This document shows positions 9,758 to 22,900 of a stretch of DNA of 64,000 nt, in pieces. Source of the DNA: Macrostomum hystrix (lineage: Eukaryota; Animalia; Platyhelminthes); the NCBI GenBank assembly GCA_950097015.1, contig CATNEN010000001.1, positions 11,966,001-12,030,000 of the forward strand. Direction: 5' to 3'. The notes under the pieces are model-generated. The model was given only the letters and a program-made list of their open reading frames with translations. It did no database searches and had not been told where the DNA came from. The position numbers were made by a program, and so were the translations under genes. Numbering within the stretch: position 1 is the first letter of the stretch; every line of letters starts with the position of its first letter.

Positions 9758-12435
9758 ATCATAGGAATCGGCCCTAATAGGAATCGGCCCTCATAGGAAT
9801 CGGCTCTCATGGGAATCGGCCCTCATAGGAATCGGCCCTCATAGGAATCGGCTCTCATAGGAATCGGCTCTCATAGGAATCGGCTCTCATAGGAATCGGC
9901 TCTCATAGGAATCGGCTCTCATAGGAATCGGCCCTCATAGGGAATCGGCTCTCATAGGAATCGGCTCTCATAGGAATCGGCCCTCATAGAAATCGGCCCG
10001 ATCATAGGAATCGGCTCTCAAAGGAATCGGCCCTCATAGGAATCGGCTCTCATAGGAATCGGCTCTCATAGGAATCGGCTCTCATAGGAATCGGCTCTCA
10101 TAGGAATCGGCCCTCATAGAAATCGGCCCGATCATAGGAATCGGCTCTCAAAGGAATCGGCCCTCATAGGAATCGGCTCTCATAGGAATCGGCTCTCATA
10201 GGAATCGGCCCTCATAGGAATCGGCCCTCATAGGGAATCGGCTCTCATAGGAATCGGCTCTCATAGGAATCGGCCCTCATAGAAATCGGCCCGATCATAG
10301 GAATCGGCTCTCAAAGGAATCGGCCCTCATAGGAATCGGCTCTCATAGGAATCGGCTCTCATAGGAATCGGCCCTCATAGGAATCGGCCCTCATAGGAAT
10401 CGGCTTTCAAAGGAATCGGCCCTCATAGGAATCGGCTCTTATAGGAATCGGCTCTCATAGGAATCGGCTCTCATAGGAATCGGCTCTCATAGGAATCGGC
10501 TCTCATAGGAATCGGCTCTCATAGGAACCGATAGGAATCGGCTCTCATAGGAATCGGGTCTCATAGGAATCGGCTCTCATAGGAATCGGGTCTCATAGGA
10601 ATCGGGTCTCATTGGAATCGTGTCTCAAAGGAATCGGCCCTCATAGGAATCGGCTCTCATAGGAATCGGGTCTCATAGGAATCGGCTCTCATAGGAATCG
10701 GCTCTCATAGGAATCGGCTCTCATAGGAATCGGCTCTCATAGGAATCGGCTCTCATAGGAATCGGCTCTCATAGGAATCGGCCCTAATAGGAATCGGCCC
10801 TCATAGGAATCGGCTCTCATAGGAATCGGCCCTCATAGGAATCGGCTCTCATAGGAATCGGCCCTAATAGGAATCGGCCCTCATAGGAATCGGCTCTCAT
10901 AGGAATCGGCCCTAATAGGAATCGGCCCTCATAGGAATCGGCTCTCATAGGAATCGGCCCTCATAGGAATCGGCTCTCATACGAATCGGCTCTCATAGGA
11001 ATCGGCTCTCATAGGAATCGGCTCTCATAGGAATCGGCTCTCATAGGAGTCGGCTCTCATAGGAATCGGCTCTCATAGGAATCGGCCCTCATAGGAATCG
11101 GCTCTCATAGGAATCGGCCCTCAAAGGAATCGGGTCTCATAGGAATCGGCTCTCATAGGAATCGGCTCTCATAGGAATTGGCACTCATAGGAATCGGCTC
11201 TCATAGGAATCGGCCCTTATAGGAATCGGTCCTCATAGGAATCGGCTCTCAAAGGAATCGGCCCTCATAGGAATCGGCTCTCATAGGAATCGGCTCTCAT
11301 AGGAATCGGCTCTCATAGGAATCGGCTCTCATAGGAATCGGCCCTCAAAGGAATCGGCTCTCATAGGAATCGGCTCTCATACGAATCGGCCCTCATAGGA
11401 ATCGGCTCTCATAGGAATCGGCTCTCATAGGAATCGGCTCTCATAGGAATCGGCTCTCATAGGAATCGGCTCTCATAGGAATCGGCTCTCATAGGAGTCG
11501 GCTCTCATAGGAATCGGCTCTCATAGGAATCGGCTCTCATAGGAATCGGCTCTCATAGGAATCGGCTCTCATAGGAATCGGCTCTCATAGGAATCGGCTC
11601 TCATAGGAATCGGCTCTCATAGGAATCGGGCCTAATAGGAATCGGCCCTCATAGGAATCGGCTCTCATAAGAATCGGCTCTCATAGGAATCGGCTCTCAT
11701 AGGAATCGGCTCTCATAGGAATCGGCTCTCATAGGAATCGGCTCTCATAGGAATCGGCCCTCATACGAATCGGCTCTCATAGGAATCGGCTCTCAGAGGA
11801 ATCGGCTCTCATAGGAATCGGCTCTCATAGGAATCGGCTCACATAGGAATCGGCTCTCATAGGAATCGGCTCTCATAGGAATCGGCTCTCATAGGAATCG
11901 GCTCTCATAGGAATCGGCTCTCATAGGAATCGGCTCTCATAGGAATCGGGCCTAATAGGAATCGGCCCTCATAGGAATCGGCTCTCATAAGAATCGGCTC
12001 TCATAGGAATCGGCTCTCATAGGAATCGGCTCTCATAGGAATCGGCTCTCATAGGAATCGGCTCTCAAAGGAATCGGCCCTCATACGAATCGGCTCTCAT
12101 AGGAATCGGCTCTCATAGGAATCGGCTCTCATAGGAATCGGCTCACATAGGAATCGGCTCTCATAGGAATCGGCGGCGGAATCGACCGACGGACCACCCT
12201 GAGCGGCACCGCCTCGCTGGAGGCTGTCTGGCTGCCAGGGGTTAGCGATATGGGCGGCATCTGCCGCCTCCTCGCTGCGTCCGTCATGGAGGCTCCCTGC
12301 CGCTAAGTCAAAGAAGTAAGTCATAGGAATCGGCTCTCATTGGAATCGGCTCTGAAAGGAATCGGCTCTCATAGGAATCGGCTCTCATAGGAATCGGCTC
12401 TCATAGGAATCGGCTCTCATAGGAATCGGGTCTCA
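9758..12435. repeat. 16-bp satellite (ATAGGAATCGGCTCTC)n, interrupted at 12175-12321
   Basis: About 2.5 kb of tandem monomers with recurring variant blocks. Confidence 0.98.
12175..12321 (+). mobile_element. Severely 5'-truncated LOA-type LINE (ORF2 end + 3' UTR + tail) inserted in the satellite
   Basis: Aligns by eye with 27950-28093 (CCACCCTGAGC...CCAGGGGTTAGCG...CCGCCTCCTCGCTGCGTCCG...GCTAAGTCAA) and ends in an AAGT-type tail. Confidence 0.8.
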
Positions 12436-14660
12436 TTCGGCTGATTACTGGTAGGAGGCAAATGCCTCGGTAATTGTTCATGTTATTGCGGTCGCCTTTT
12501 TTGTAAAGTGGTAGGATCTGGCCGATCTTCTGGTCCGGGTCCCACCCAGGCGCCGGTTCACTCCATAGGCGGAGGACTTCGTTGTGCAGGGCGGTCTTTG
12601 CTTCCGGTGGTGCCTCCTTGATGTATCGGATTCGTATTTGGTCCTCACCCGGGGCTCCGTCTTTGATGCGTTGTAACGCGCAGTCGATTTCCTCCGTTGT
12701 GAGCGGGCGCGACAGTCTAATGTTCGCCAGCTCCCAGTCTTGGTTAGAGATGGTTGGCAACTTCGTCTCCCTGATCTTGGATAGTATCGTTGCTGGGTCC
12801 GTTTCGAAGCGCTCGGCTTGGATTGTTTCCAGGTGGTTCTTAAAATCCTCTGCTGCGAAGAGAGTTTTTGGCTGGCTGTTGTTAGAGTTCTGGTGCGCGG
12901 CGCGTCCCATTCTTCTGAGGCAGTCGTACATGCCGCCTACATTGCCAAGGTCGCACATCCGTCTGCATTCGTCGGCCAAGTCTATCCACCAACTGTCTTC
13001 CCATTCTTGTAGTTTCTGCTTCTTGATCTTTCTGCATTCTTTGGTGTTCTCCTTCTCCTCCGCCAGGGTGCGTTCTCGGTCTTCCGATGGGCTCGCCATT
13101 AGGCGTTGGCGTGCTTCATTTCTCCTCTTTAGTGCTGTTGCTAGATTGCGATTTAGTAGTTCAAGGTCCCTTTCGTGTCCTAGCATCCATTCGTTCGTTT
13201 GCCTGGTTTTGATGCCGCACGACTCCGTTGCTGCTTCCAGGATGGCTCCCTGAACTGATTTCCAGCGGGTGGTGGTCTCTTTGTCCTTCTCGTGTCTTGT
13301 TTCTCTGGTCGTCTCGTTGATCTTCTCGCTAATTTTTTCCCGGTAGGCTACGCGTACCTCTTTGTCTCTCAGCCGTTCCCAATTCTTTTGGGTTTCTTCG
13401 ATTGCTGGTTGCGGGCGTTGGTCGTGGCCTTGCTGACCTTTTCTACCAGGGCCGGGTGCAGCGTCAGGACCTTTGGCAGGTGGTCTGATAGATCCGTGCT
13501 GTGGTCAGTTTGCGCGCTATCAGGTGGCGTTGGTTGCTTTTAGTAGCGAATCCATCCAATTCGTACCAGATCTTGGAGTTCGGGTTTCTCCATGTTCCGG
13601 CTTTCTTTTGTTTGAAGAATGAGTTCAGCCATACCATGTCCATACTGACGAGCCAGGTGAGTAGTTCTTCTCCCTGTTGGTTCGTTTGGCCTGTCCCGTA
13701 TTTTCCTGCACTCGTGAAGTGGGCTGCTGCCCCTCGGCCGATGCTCGAGTTCCAGTCTCCCCCCACAATCACGATCATGTGTTTGGGTGCCGTGTATGTT
13801 AGTCGCTCGATTTCATTCCGGATGTCTTCCACTTCCGCCTCGTAATCTGCACTTCCTTTGGTATACTGCAATGAGTAGTACGTTGGCTATCTCTAGTGCC
13901 AGCGTGCGCTGATTCGGGTGCATCTTTCTACCTCCGCTGCACCAGAGGTGCCACGCTGTCTCAGTTAGTAGGATTCCCACCCTTTGGGAGTGCACCAGGT
14001 GCGTCTCTTTACGTTGATGGTGGAACACTCTGATGCCCGTGTCTCGCGCGTTCAATTCGGTGAGCAGGGTCACATCCCAGCTTTCCGTTGCTTTCTTCAC
14101 AATTTCGCCAAATCTCGCTGAGCCTAGGTTTGCCCTTTGGACGTTCCATGTCGCTATTCTTATCCGTTTCTGATCCCACTCCTTCTGTGCTTTTTCCGTG
14201 CGTTCGGTATCTTTCTCGCATCGGCGTCTACCTCTCTTAATTCTTCGCCTTCTGCTTCTCGCCATCCTCTGCTCGATCGATCTTGGTCCGGGGTTCTTCT
14301 CTATTGTCCGCAGCTTGATCTGTGCCTGCGCTGTGAGCAGCCTTTTCCTGGCTGTACGGTATCTAATTTTTTTTGTTTTTTTGTTTTCTTCGGTATTATT
14401 TCTGGTTTTTGTTCTTGGTTCTCGTTCTTCTGTCTTTTGTTCTCTCCTCTCACTACGCCCTTCATTTCCGATCTTGTCTCTCTCTCCTGTTCTCTCCGGT
14501 GATTCACGATGGTTTTGTTTAAAGAGGTCCCACGGTTCGTTATGCCGTGGTCACTCTGCCGGGTGCGGTTTTGCCCGCGGGACATGGTTTTCAAATCACG
14601 GCCGCGGGCCTCAACGCCCCCCCGGTTCCTTTTTTGCCAGACTGGCACGCCAGTCTGCCC
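12436..14660 (-). mobile_element. RTE-like non-LTR retrotransposon, 5' half (AP endonuclease + start of RT), frameshifted and truncated by the satellite
   Basis: ORFs 13813-14265 (RIATWNV, LLTE), 13464-13871 (IVGGDWNSSIG, TWRNP, ELDGF) and 12401-13186 (APGEDQI, LYKKGDRNNMNNYRGICLL) carry APE and early RT motifs. The RT core is missing. Confidence 0.85.
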
Positions 14661-14689
14661 GCTTGGCACCGATCGGGAAGGTTGGGAAC

Positions 14690-14826
14690 CATCGCCAAGC
14701 AGCCGAGCGACTCAACAGCGTCCAGCCGTGCGCCGTCCTCCTCCAAGAGACTAAGCTGCGCCCGGGGGAAAACTTTACCCCACCTCGCGGCTACAGTGTG
14801 GCCGCGTGCAAAGACGGAGAGCCCAA
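14690..14826 (+). pseudogene. Fragment of an AP-endonuclease N-terminus from another LINE
   Basis: Translates as QPCAVLLQETKLRPGENFTPPRGYSV, matching the LINE APE 'xLQETxL...GY' motif. Confidence 0.55.
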
Positions 14827-15016
14827 CAGGACTTTCACCCAGCCCTGATGTCGGCTCCGATGGCCAGACGGCAGAACCTCCTAGTGCGCGGGGTGCCGCG
14901 GCGGGCGTGCAGCGTGCAGCAACCGAGACCTGCCCGTCACCGTCACCACCCCGCCCGCCCCCTGGACAGCAGCGCCGGGGAGACCCCGGCCGGAGGCAAC
15001 GGCGCCGGCCAAACCA

Positions 15017-16563
15017 GTGCCGGCAGGGCGGCAGGCACCGAAGCAGAGCCGGCCGGGCCCCACGGACATGGGCTGGGCCGACCGGCCGGGGGTAGTGAGC
15101 CCAAATCAGCGCCGCAGACGCCTCAAGGCAAAGCTACGGGCCGCGGGCGCCTTCGACGCTTCAAACTCTCGGCCTAGGCCGAAGGAGGCCCAGCCGACCG
15201 AGGCGGCCGAGGCGGGAGGCCTCCGGCCCACCTGTCCGACCCCTGAGGAAGGAAGGGCGCCCGAAGCCAGTGAAGGGTACCCCATGCCGGTCTCCCTCGC
15301 TGCTGTGGACCCTCAGCCCGATGCCAGTGTAGCCCAGCCAGCCAGGGCGGCGGGCGCGGAAGGCCCTAGGCCTCCACGCCACGCTGCCCTGGAGGGTGGG
15401 GCCTCTGTCACCGCGACTGGTGGAAATTTCAACCTCGCCGGTAGCAACCGGCTCACCTTCGCCGCCGTCGTAAAGAGGCAACCGGCGATCGTCATTCTAG
15501 GCAGAGACGCGCGTCTGACTGCTGACCAGCTGAAGCAAGCAAGCCGCGTCATCGACGGGCTCCTGTGGAAGCAAACCCTGAAGGGCACGCCCCTGGCTAT
15601 AAAAACCCACGCCACGCGGGACTCGTGCCTGCTCATCTGGCCCAGCGATGCCGAATCAGGCCGGCGACTTCTTGAGATGCTGCCTGAGCAGAGCTGGGAA
15701 GCCAATATGGCCTTCCACCGAGAGGACGAGCCACCCCAGACGAAGAGGCACCGCATCTTCGTCCCGGCGGCCAGCGTCGTCACCTCATCGGAAGAGTTGC
15801 GGAATTGACTGCTTGCAGTCAACCGCGACATGCCTGCCGCGGGCCTAGTGGTGCACGACACCATTCAGCATCCCGAGGGTCGGGGCTTCACCGCCATTCT
15901 TGGCCTGTCGGACGTCTGGATGCGCAAGTACCCGGACGACACGCAGATCGCCATCGGCCTCCTAAAGCTACGCATCAGAGCTTTTGAGGCAGACAAGCGC
16001 AGAAAGCAGGGCGTGAACCCTACAGAGGCGGCAGCCGAAGGAGCTTCGGCCCCTAAGGCAGCAAGGCTCTCGAATAGGGGGCATAAAGCCCAGCATAGCC
16101 GCGCCGGAAAGGCAGATCGCGCTGCGGAGGGGGCTCTGATCGCCACCCAGCGCGCTCCACAACGCGGAAAGGCCTCCTGCAGAGGGCCGCGGAGGCAGTC
16201 CAGTCAGCAAAGCTGACCCACCTCAGGAGGGAGGTCTCCGGCCAATCGAGGCTAGCTGCCCAGCCTAGGGAGACTGGCGGCGCCACCGATGGGCCCAGCT
16301 CCATAGAGCAGGGACCTCGGGGACCACGCCAAGTTGCCCAGGGCGGGGCTCTCACCGAGACAGTGGGCACCACTCAGATGGTGGGCTCCGCTGTGGGAGG
16401 AAATAGGGCGCCTCAGGATGCCCAATGCCCGCCCGCAGGTCAGGAGCCCAACGCTGAGGAGGAGCCCATGGAAACCGGCTGCCCCCGGTTTCTCCCCATC
16501 ACTGAAGAGGAGGAAGAGGGCCTTCTGGCCCAATCCCCTCAGAAACCGGAGGACCATCAATGA
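15017..16563 (+). pseudogene. LOA-type LINE ORF1 remnant (in-frame stop at 15806-15808, probable frameshift near 16140-16210)
   Basis: Long GC-rich ORFs directly upstream of ORF2. The last stop overlaps the ORF2 start (ATGA at 16560-16563). Confidence 0.6.
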
Positions 16564-18437
16564 TTGAAAATCTTTGCTGCCTCCAAATAAACACTCAGCA
16601 CTGCGTGGCGGCATCGGTTAACCTGATGCGCTTGGCTGAGCGCACGCTCCCGAGCCTCATTTTTGTTCAGGAGCCCTGGCTTTCCAAAGGTAAGTCTACC
16701 AATCTACCTTCGGGATTTGACTGTTTTTGCATGGCGGATACCCCTCGCCCCAGATCGCTGATCTTTGCTGCAAATTCTCTAAAAGCGTGGATGAGACCCG
16801 ACCTATCCACCGGGGACATCTGCGTGATCCAAACCCTGCACATTGTGCAGCGAAAATCTACTCTGGTGGCATCGGTATACCTGCCAGGAGATGCCCCCAC
16901 GGTCAGCGATGCGTTGGTAGCTCTCTGCGACTACGTGCATGCGCAAAACTTCGAGCTCCTCATTGCCGGTGATGTGAACGCACACCACACGCACTGGGGT
17001 AGTAAGAACATCAACGACCGCGGCGAAGAGCTCCTCGCTTTCGTCGGCGGCACAAACCTTAATTTCTGCAATGCCGGAAGCACCCCTACTTTCGACAATG
17101 GCCGTTGGTCGGAGGTCCTCGACGTCACCCTCGCCTCCCCGGGCGTCCTCGCCAGGATATCCGGGTGGAGAGTGTGGGGAGAAGAGGAATCCCTCTCAGA
17201 CCATCGTTTTATCCGCTTCGAGGTTGCTAGTGCTACCCCGAAGAAAACCATCACCTGGAGCAGGAACGTCCGAAACACCGACTGGACCAGGTTCGGCCTT
17301 GAGCTGAGCAGGGGCCTGCGCGACATCGGCACTCCGGGTGACATCACAAACTGCGACATTGCTGACGAGATAGCCTCCAAGCTTGGAGGCACGGCCATCG
17401 ATGCCTATGAGGCGGCCTGTCCCCTCAAAGCCTATAAAGGCAAGAAATCTGCCCCCTGGTGGAACCCCGAGCTCGGAATCCTGAGAAAACGAGCCAAGGC
17501 TCTGCAGAGGAGATTTCTAAAAACCAGGACCCCTGAAGACAGAGAAGCCTATGTTCATGCCAGTCATGAGTTCAAGGGCCAGGTCAGAAGGGCAAAAGTG
17601 GCCAAATGGCGCCAATACTGCGAAGGGCTTGAGGGCTCCCGCCCCACTGCCCGAGTGGTAAAAGCGCTCACTTAAGACCGCTTCTCCAAACTATCCGTGG
17701 TAAAGAGACCTGATGGGTCCACCACAGATACACCAGAAGAGACGCTCCAGTTAATGCTCGGGCATTTATTCCCCAGCAACCAGACAGCGCAGGGCCAGCC
17801 AGACCACACTGTGGGCGGGCAAGGCCTAGCAAAGTCTCTCGTCACCAAAGACCGCATCATACATGCGGCAAAGTCCTTTAATCCGTACAAAGCTCCGGGT
17901 CCGGACGGCATTTACCCGGTGTTCCTACACGAGGCAGTGAAAAACTCCTGCTTCCTGGACATTCTGTGTCAGCTTCTGCGGGCCTGCGTGGAGCTGGGCT
18001 ACGTACCAGCAACTTGGAGGGAGGCCCGCGTGGTCTTCCTTCCCAAGCCCGCAAAAGACGACTATCAATCAGTCAAGGCCTATCGTCCAATCAGCCTGAC
18101 TTCCTCCTTCCTGAAGCTGCTTGAGAGACTGGTTCTCTGGCGCCTCCTCTCTGTGGAGCTCAAGCGCTTCCCTCTCTCTCAGAACCAGCACGCTTTTAGG
18201 GCTGGCAGGTCCACTGAGAGCGCCCTCCACTCCATCGTGGAAAAGCTGGAACGAGCTGTGCTGGGTAACAGCTTCGCCCTCTCCGTTTTCCTCGACATCG
18301 AGGGGGCCTTCGACAACGTCCGTTTCGAAGCGTTTCGTAGAGCCCTTGAATCTAGGGCCACGCACCCCCACCTTGTCCGCTGGATAATGTACATGATCCA
18401 GCACCGCTCTGTGGTGGCCAACCTCAATGGGCACTCG

Positions 18438-18868
18438 TGTTGTGACGCAGCCCTCACCTCTGCCCTATCATTTTCATATCTTTCTCATTCCCTGCCCCGC
18501 CAGTCGGCTAGCGTGCCCCACCCCAGTCATATGTATCGATCGCCCAGCCTACCCCTAATTGTTAAATGTACATTTCACCCGTGGGCCGGCGCTTGCGTAA
18601 GCCCCGGGCGAAGACTTGTTAATTAAATATATATTGACTCTGCGAAGAGACCCGAGTCTCAACCGTTCCGCCTGTTCACCCTGCATTGCTCATTAATTAA
18701 AACAGCCTTCAATTCAATCCAAGTTCAAGCCTCGCTGGGCCAGTCGTCGGCCGTAAGTACCCTGCGCTCTCTTTTCTGCCATTCCCTGGGAGACGGGACG
18801 GGTGGCACCCGACTGGGACCTGGGCTGTCGCAGCTTCCCCAAAGGCTGTAGGGCCGTGAGACACAACA
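18438..18868 (+). repeat. Gypsy 5' LTR
   Basis: Matches 24877-25307; only one substitution seen (GGGCCGTGAG vs GGACCGTGAG). Confidence 0.97.
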
Positions 18869-18870
18869 AC

Positions 18871-18888
18871 TGGTGCCGTGACCAGGAT
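18871..18888 (+). promoter_or_regulatory. Primer-binding site, complementary to tRNA-His 3' end
   Basis: TGGTGCCGTGACCAGGAT, 2 nt after the LTR, is the complement of ...ATCCTGGTCACGGCA-CCA. Confidence 0.8.
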
Positions 18889-18959
18889 TTCAGTTGGTGC
18901 TACCGGTGATTCAGTTTTTTTGACGTCTGGTTGTAGAGTGAGAGAGAGTGCTGTGCGTC

Positions 18960-19907
18960 ATGGCCGGATTAGACGATCTCATTGGTGCGTTGACAGCGAG
19001 AATCCAGGAACAGCTTCATGTGGGTCAGAGAATCCCTCGTCCGAATAAATATGTTCCCAGTCAAGATTTTGCGCTCTGGCTGCAGCAATTTAATGCGTAC
19101 TGCGAGGCCACCCAGATCCCCGAGGATCAGAGGAAACAGACTCTGTTGAGTCTCCTTGACTTCGGCACGGCCTTCAAGGCAGTGGCCAACATGGAGTTGG
19201 ACGAGGAGTTAGGTTATGACCAGTTCGTTGAACAGCTGGAGGCTCGGTTTAGTCAAAATCGAACGGCTCAGGACTATAAGACGGAATTTCAGAGCAGGAA
19301 TCAGAGAGACGGGGAGGCTCTTGAGGACTACGCTGACGCTCTGAAGGAGCTAATGCGCAAGGCGTACCCGGCGCTGCCGGTGGAGCAGAGGGACGAGCTA
19401 GCGAAAGACCGCTTCCTCAAGGGGATTCGGGTGCCGGACAGGGTGCTTGAGAACGTGCTGCTGCAGGACCCTGACACGCTACAGGCCGCCATCCAGCGAG
19501 TCCGCCAGACTCTGGCTTCGATGAAGCTGCTGGAAGGAAAGCGGTCAGTTCACGTGGTGAACAACCAGGCTGCCGCGGCGGCTGAAAGTCAGGCAGCCCG
19601 CATGGCAGCGGAGATCGCTAGCTTGAAGGCGGAAATCGCGCAGCTGAAGCAAGGAGGTGCGTCTGCGCAGGCTGGGAGGCCGAGCCCACAGCCACAGTCA
19701 GCAGCAGCGCCTCAGTCGGCCAAGAGCTGTGGAAGGTGCCTTCAGGCTGGACATTCGACAGCGGAGTGCAGGAATCGGGTGGCATGCTACGCCTGTGGCC
19801 AGCCGGGTCACACCCGCGCCAGATGCCCGAATCAACAGGCTGCTCGGCAGCAGGGAAACGGGATGGGGGCCCGGCTAGGCCAGCGTCCCGGGCCCCGATT
19901 TCAGTAA
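18960..19907 (+). CDS. gag: Gypsy Gag with two CCHC zinc knuckles
   Basis: ATG at 18960. MHR-like QRDGEALEDY; knuckles CGRCLQAGHSTAEC and CYACGQPGHTRARC. Confidence 0.92.
   Translation: MAGLDDLIGALTARIQEQLHVGQRIPRPNKYVPSQDFALWLQQFNAYCEATQIPEDQRKQTLLSLLDFGTAFKAVANMELDEELGYDQFVEQLEARFSQNRTAQDYKTEFQSRNQRDGEALEDYADALKELMRKAYPALPVEQRDELAKDRFLKGIRVPDRVLENVLLQDPDTLQAAIQRVRQTLASMKLLEGKRSVHVVNNQAAAAAESQAARMAAEIASLKAEIAQLKQGGASAQAGRPSPQPQSAAAPQSAKSCGRCLQAGHSTAECRNRVACYACGQPGHTRARCPNQQAARQQGNGMGARLGQRPGPRFQ
19853..19897 (+). promoter_or_regulatory. Probable -1 ribosomal frameshift signal (G GGA AAC + downstream GC stem)
   Basis: The heptamer is correctly phased in the gag frame and the protease ORF is in the -1 frame. 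A GGGGCCCGG...CCGGGCCCC stem starts about 6 nt downstream. Confidence 0.75.
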
Positions 19908-22900
19908 CTGGAAAAGCGCCAGGGCCCTCGACCCAGACCCACAGTGTGCTTGGGAGAGCTGGGCTGGGCTACATCGACGCGAAGTTCGAGTCGGGGCCTC
20001 TGGTAGCTTGCTTGCTGGACAGTGGGTCCAACGTATCTTTGCTTAGCAATCGTTTCTTAGAAGCTGAAAATATTAAAGGTCAATTGCAAAACAGTACATT
20101 AGATTTTTCTATTTTTACTGCTAATGGTGAGCCGATCGAAATTCAGGGAAACATTCAATTTCATTTTTCAATTGGGGAGACAAATTTCACACACGAGTTC
20201 CTGGTTGTCGACGGAATTTCACAGCCTTGCATTCTTGGAACAGATTTTTTTCTAAAGCATTGCATGATTATTGATTTTGCCAAACACTGCCTGCAGACAG
20301 AAACCAGCGTGTATCCTTTTCGCCTGTGCGCTGAGAGGCCGCTTCTTTGTCGTATTGTACTGTGCCAGAATATCCGGATGAGTATGGGAGAGGAGATGCT
20401 GATTCCGGTTCGCCTGCAGAGAAAAGGAGCGAAAGGTTTCCAGTTTCCAGGAATGGTAGAGCCCTGTCGGCAAGGTGAGCGTGAGCACCTCCTGGCCCGG
20501 TCCGTGCAGATGCCGAGTCAGGACGGGCATCTGTCAGTCAGGATCATGAACATGTCCGAGTCCAGCCTATCAATGAGAAAGGGGGCGCGCATCGGTTGGT
20601 TCTCGCCGATCTCAGCGCAGCAGCCGGCAGGAGCTGCAGCTGAACACTGTGCAGTCTGAGGAGGATTCGTGGAACCCCCTTAGCGAAGTGAAGGAGTGGG
20701 GGTCGTGTGGCCTAACTGAGGGTGAGTCGAGGGAGTTCGTGGAGCTTGTCGCCAGAAACCGCGATGTGTTTGCCAAAGACAGCTCTGAACTTGGCCTGAC
20801 GGGCCTCTTGTCCCACGAGATTGACACGGGCAGCGCAAAGCCGGTAAGTGAGCCGCTGCGTCGGCTACCGCCCCACTGGCGAGAGGAAGTCAACAAACAG
20901 GTGGATCAGCTTCTGGCCGAAGGCCGCATATTCCCGTGCCAGTCACCCTGGTCGAGCCCGGTGGTGCCGGTCAAGAAACCGGATGGCAGCCTCCGAATGT
21001 GCTTGGATTACAGGCGGCTGAACAGCGTGACTGTGCCGGATCCGCTACCTCCGCCCAGGATGGACGAGACGCTGGATGCCTTGGGGGGAAACTGCATCTT
21101 CTCCACCATGGATCTGGCTTCCGGGTACCATCAGTGCCCGTTGGATCCAAAAGACCAGTTGAAGACGGCCTTCGTAGTGCCGAATCGGGGACAGTTCGCC
21201 TGGAATTGCATGAGCTTCGGGCTCAGGAACGCCCCGTCGACATTCACGAGACTCATGTCTATGGCGCTATCCGAGGTGAACTGGAAGGAGTGCCTCGTGT
21301 ATTTCGACGATATTGTCGTCTTTTCTATAACAGTCCGGCAGCACTTTGAGCGCCTCTTGCACGTTTTTCAGTGTCTCCGGGCAGCTAACATTAGGCTAAA
21401 GCCCGCGAAATGTGTCTTCCTTGCCGACCGGATCAAGTTCCTAGGTCACGTGATCTCAAAGGATGGAATTGCCGCGAACCCCGAGAAGTGTGCGGAGATT
21501 CAAAACTGGCCAAGGCCTTGCAGTGCTGCGAAGGTCCAATCGTTCTTGGGATTGTGCGTGTATTACAAAGCCTTTATCCCAAATTTCTCCGAAATGGCCG
21601 CTCCGCTGTACAGGCTCACCGCGAGCGGAGCAGAGTTTAAATGGGGCCAAGATCAGGAAGAATCGTTCAACAACTTGAAGGCTGCCCTGTGTTCGCCTAG
21701 AGTGATGGCATTCCCAGATTTCTCGCCCGACGCTGGCGACTTCATTCTTGACACGGATGCCAGCTCGAGGATCGGGATCGGCGCCGTGCTGTCACAGCGT
21801 CAGGCGGATGGATCTGAGAAGGTCATCGCCTATGGGTCACGGATGATCCAGCCCAGTGAAAAGAACTACTGCACCACTCGCCTAGAGTTACTAGCAATCG
21901 TGCATTTTGTAAAAAAATACCGTTACTACCTGCTTGGGAGAAAGTTCATAATCAGGTCTGACCACAAAGCGCTGCAGTGGCTCACGAATCTTCGTGATAC
22001 AGAGGGCCAGTGTGCTCGCTGGCTGCAGATGCTGCAAAATTACGAGTTCACCATAGAACACCGAGCCGGGAAACTCCACGGCAACGCGGACTCTTTGTCT
22101 CGCAAATACAGGAAGCATTCCGGGCACGAAACCTGTCCGAGCTGTACGCTGGCGGACTCTCGTGGCGTTAATACCGTCCTTTGCAGTGGACTGGGCAGGG
22201 AGGAAATTCAAACAGCCCAGGAAACTGAGTCCAAACTGGAAGTAATCCGCAGTTTTGTGCACAATGGTAACTCTGAGCTGATTGCGCCGCCTGTGATGTC
22301 ATGGGAGGAAAGATGTCTATGGTCTCAACGCCAGCTGATCAGGCTGGAGGCGCAGGTCTTGGTCGTCAAGGGACCTGACTCGGAGAAGCCAAAAATTGTC
22401 TTGCCGCCGAGTCTGTTCCAGAGGGTCTTCAGTGAGTTACATGACGGGGTTGCTGGAGGTCATCTTGGAGTGAAGAAGACTCAGGCGAAAGTTAAGAGTA
22501 GATTCTGGTGGCCAGGGCTCTCGAGAAAGATCGAGGAGTATTGCCGGAGCTGCGTGCACTGCGCCAGAGCCAAGCCCGGCAAAGCTGGCAGAGCGCCGCT
22601 GCAGCCGATAGTATCGGAGGCCCCATTCCAGCGAATCATGAGTGACATTGTAGGCCCGTTGCCTCGATCGAAGAATGGCTCCAGGTTTGTGCTGACCATT
22701 CAGGACTCATTCACGAAGTGGCCGGTCGCTGTGGCGCTCTCGAATCAGCGTGCGAGCACCGTGGCGAAGGCGATTTTTGACAACTGGATCGCCCAGTTCG
22801 GCTGCCCAGAATTCCTGATAACCGACAAAGGCACCAACTTCGAATCACTTCTCGTGAAGCAGCTGTGTCAGCTGATGGCAGTGAAAAAGTGCCGAACTAC

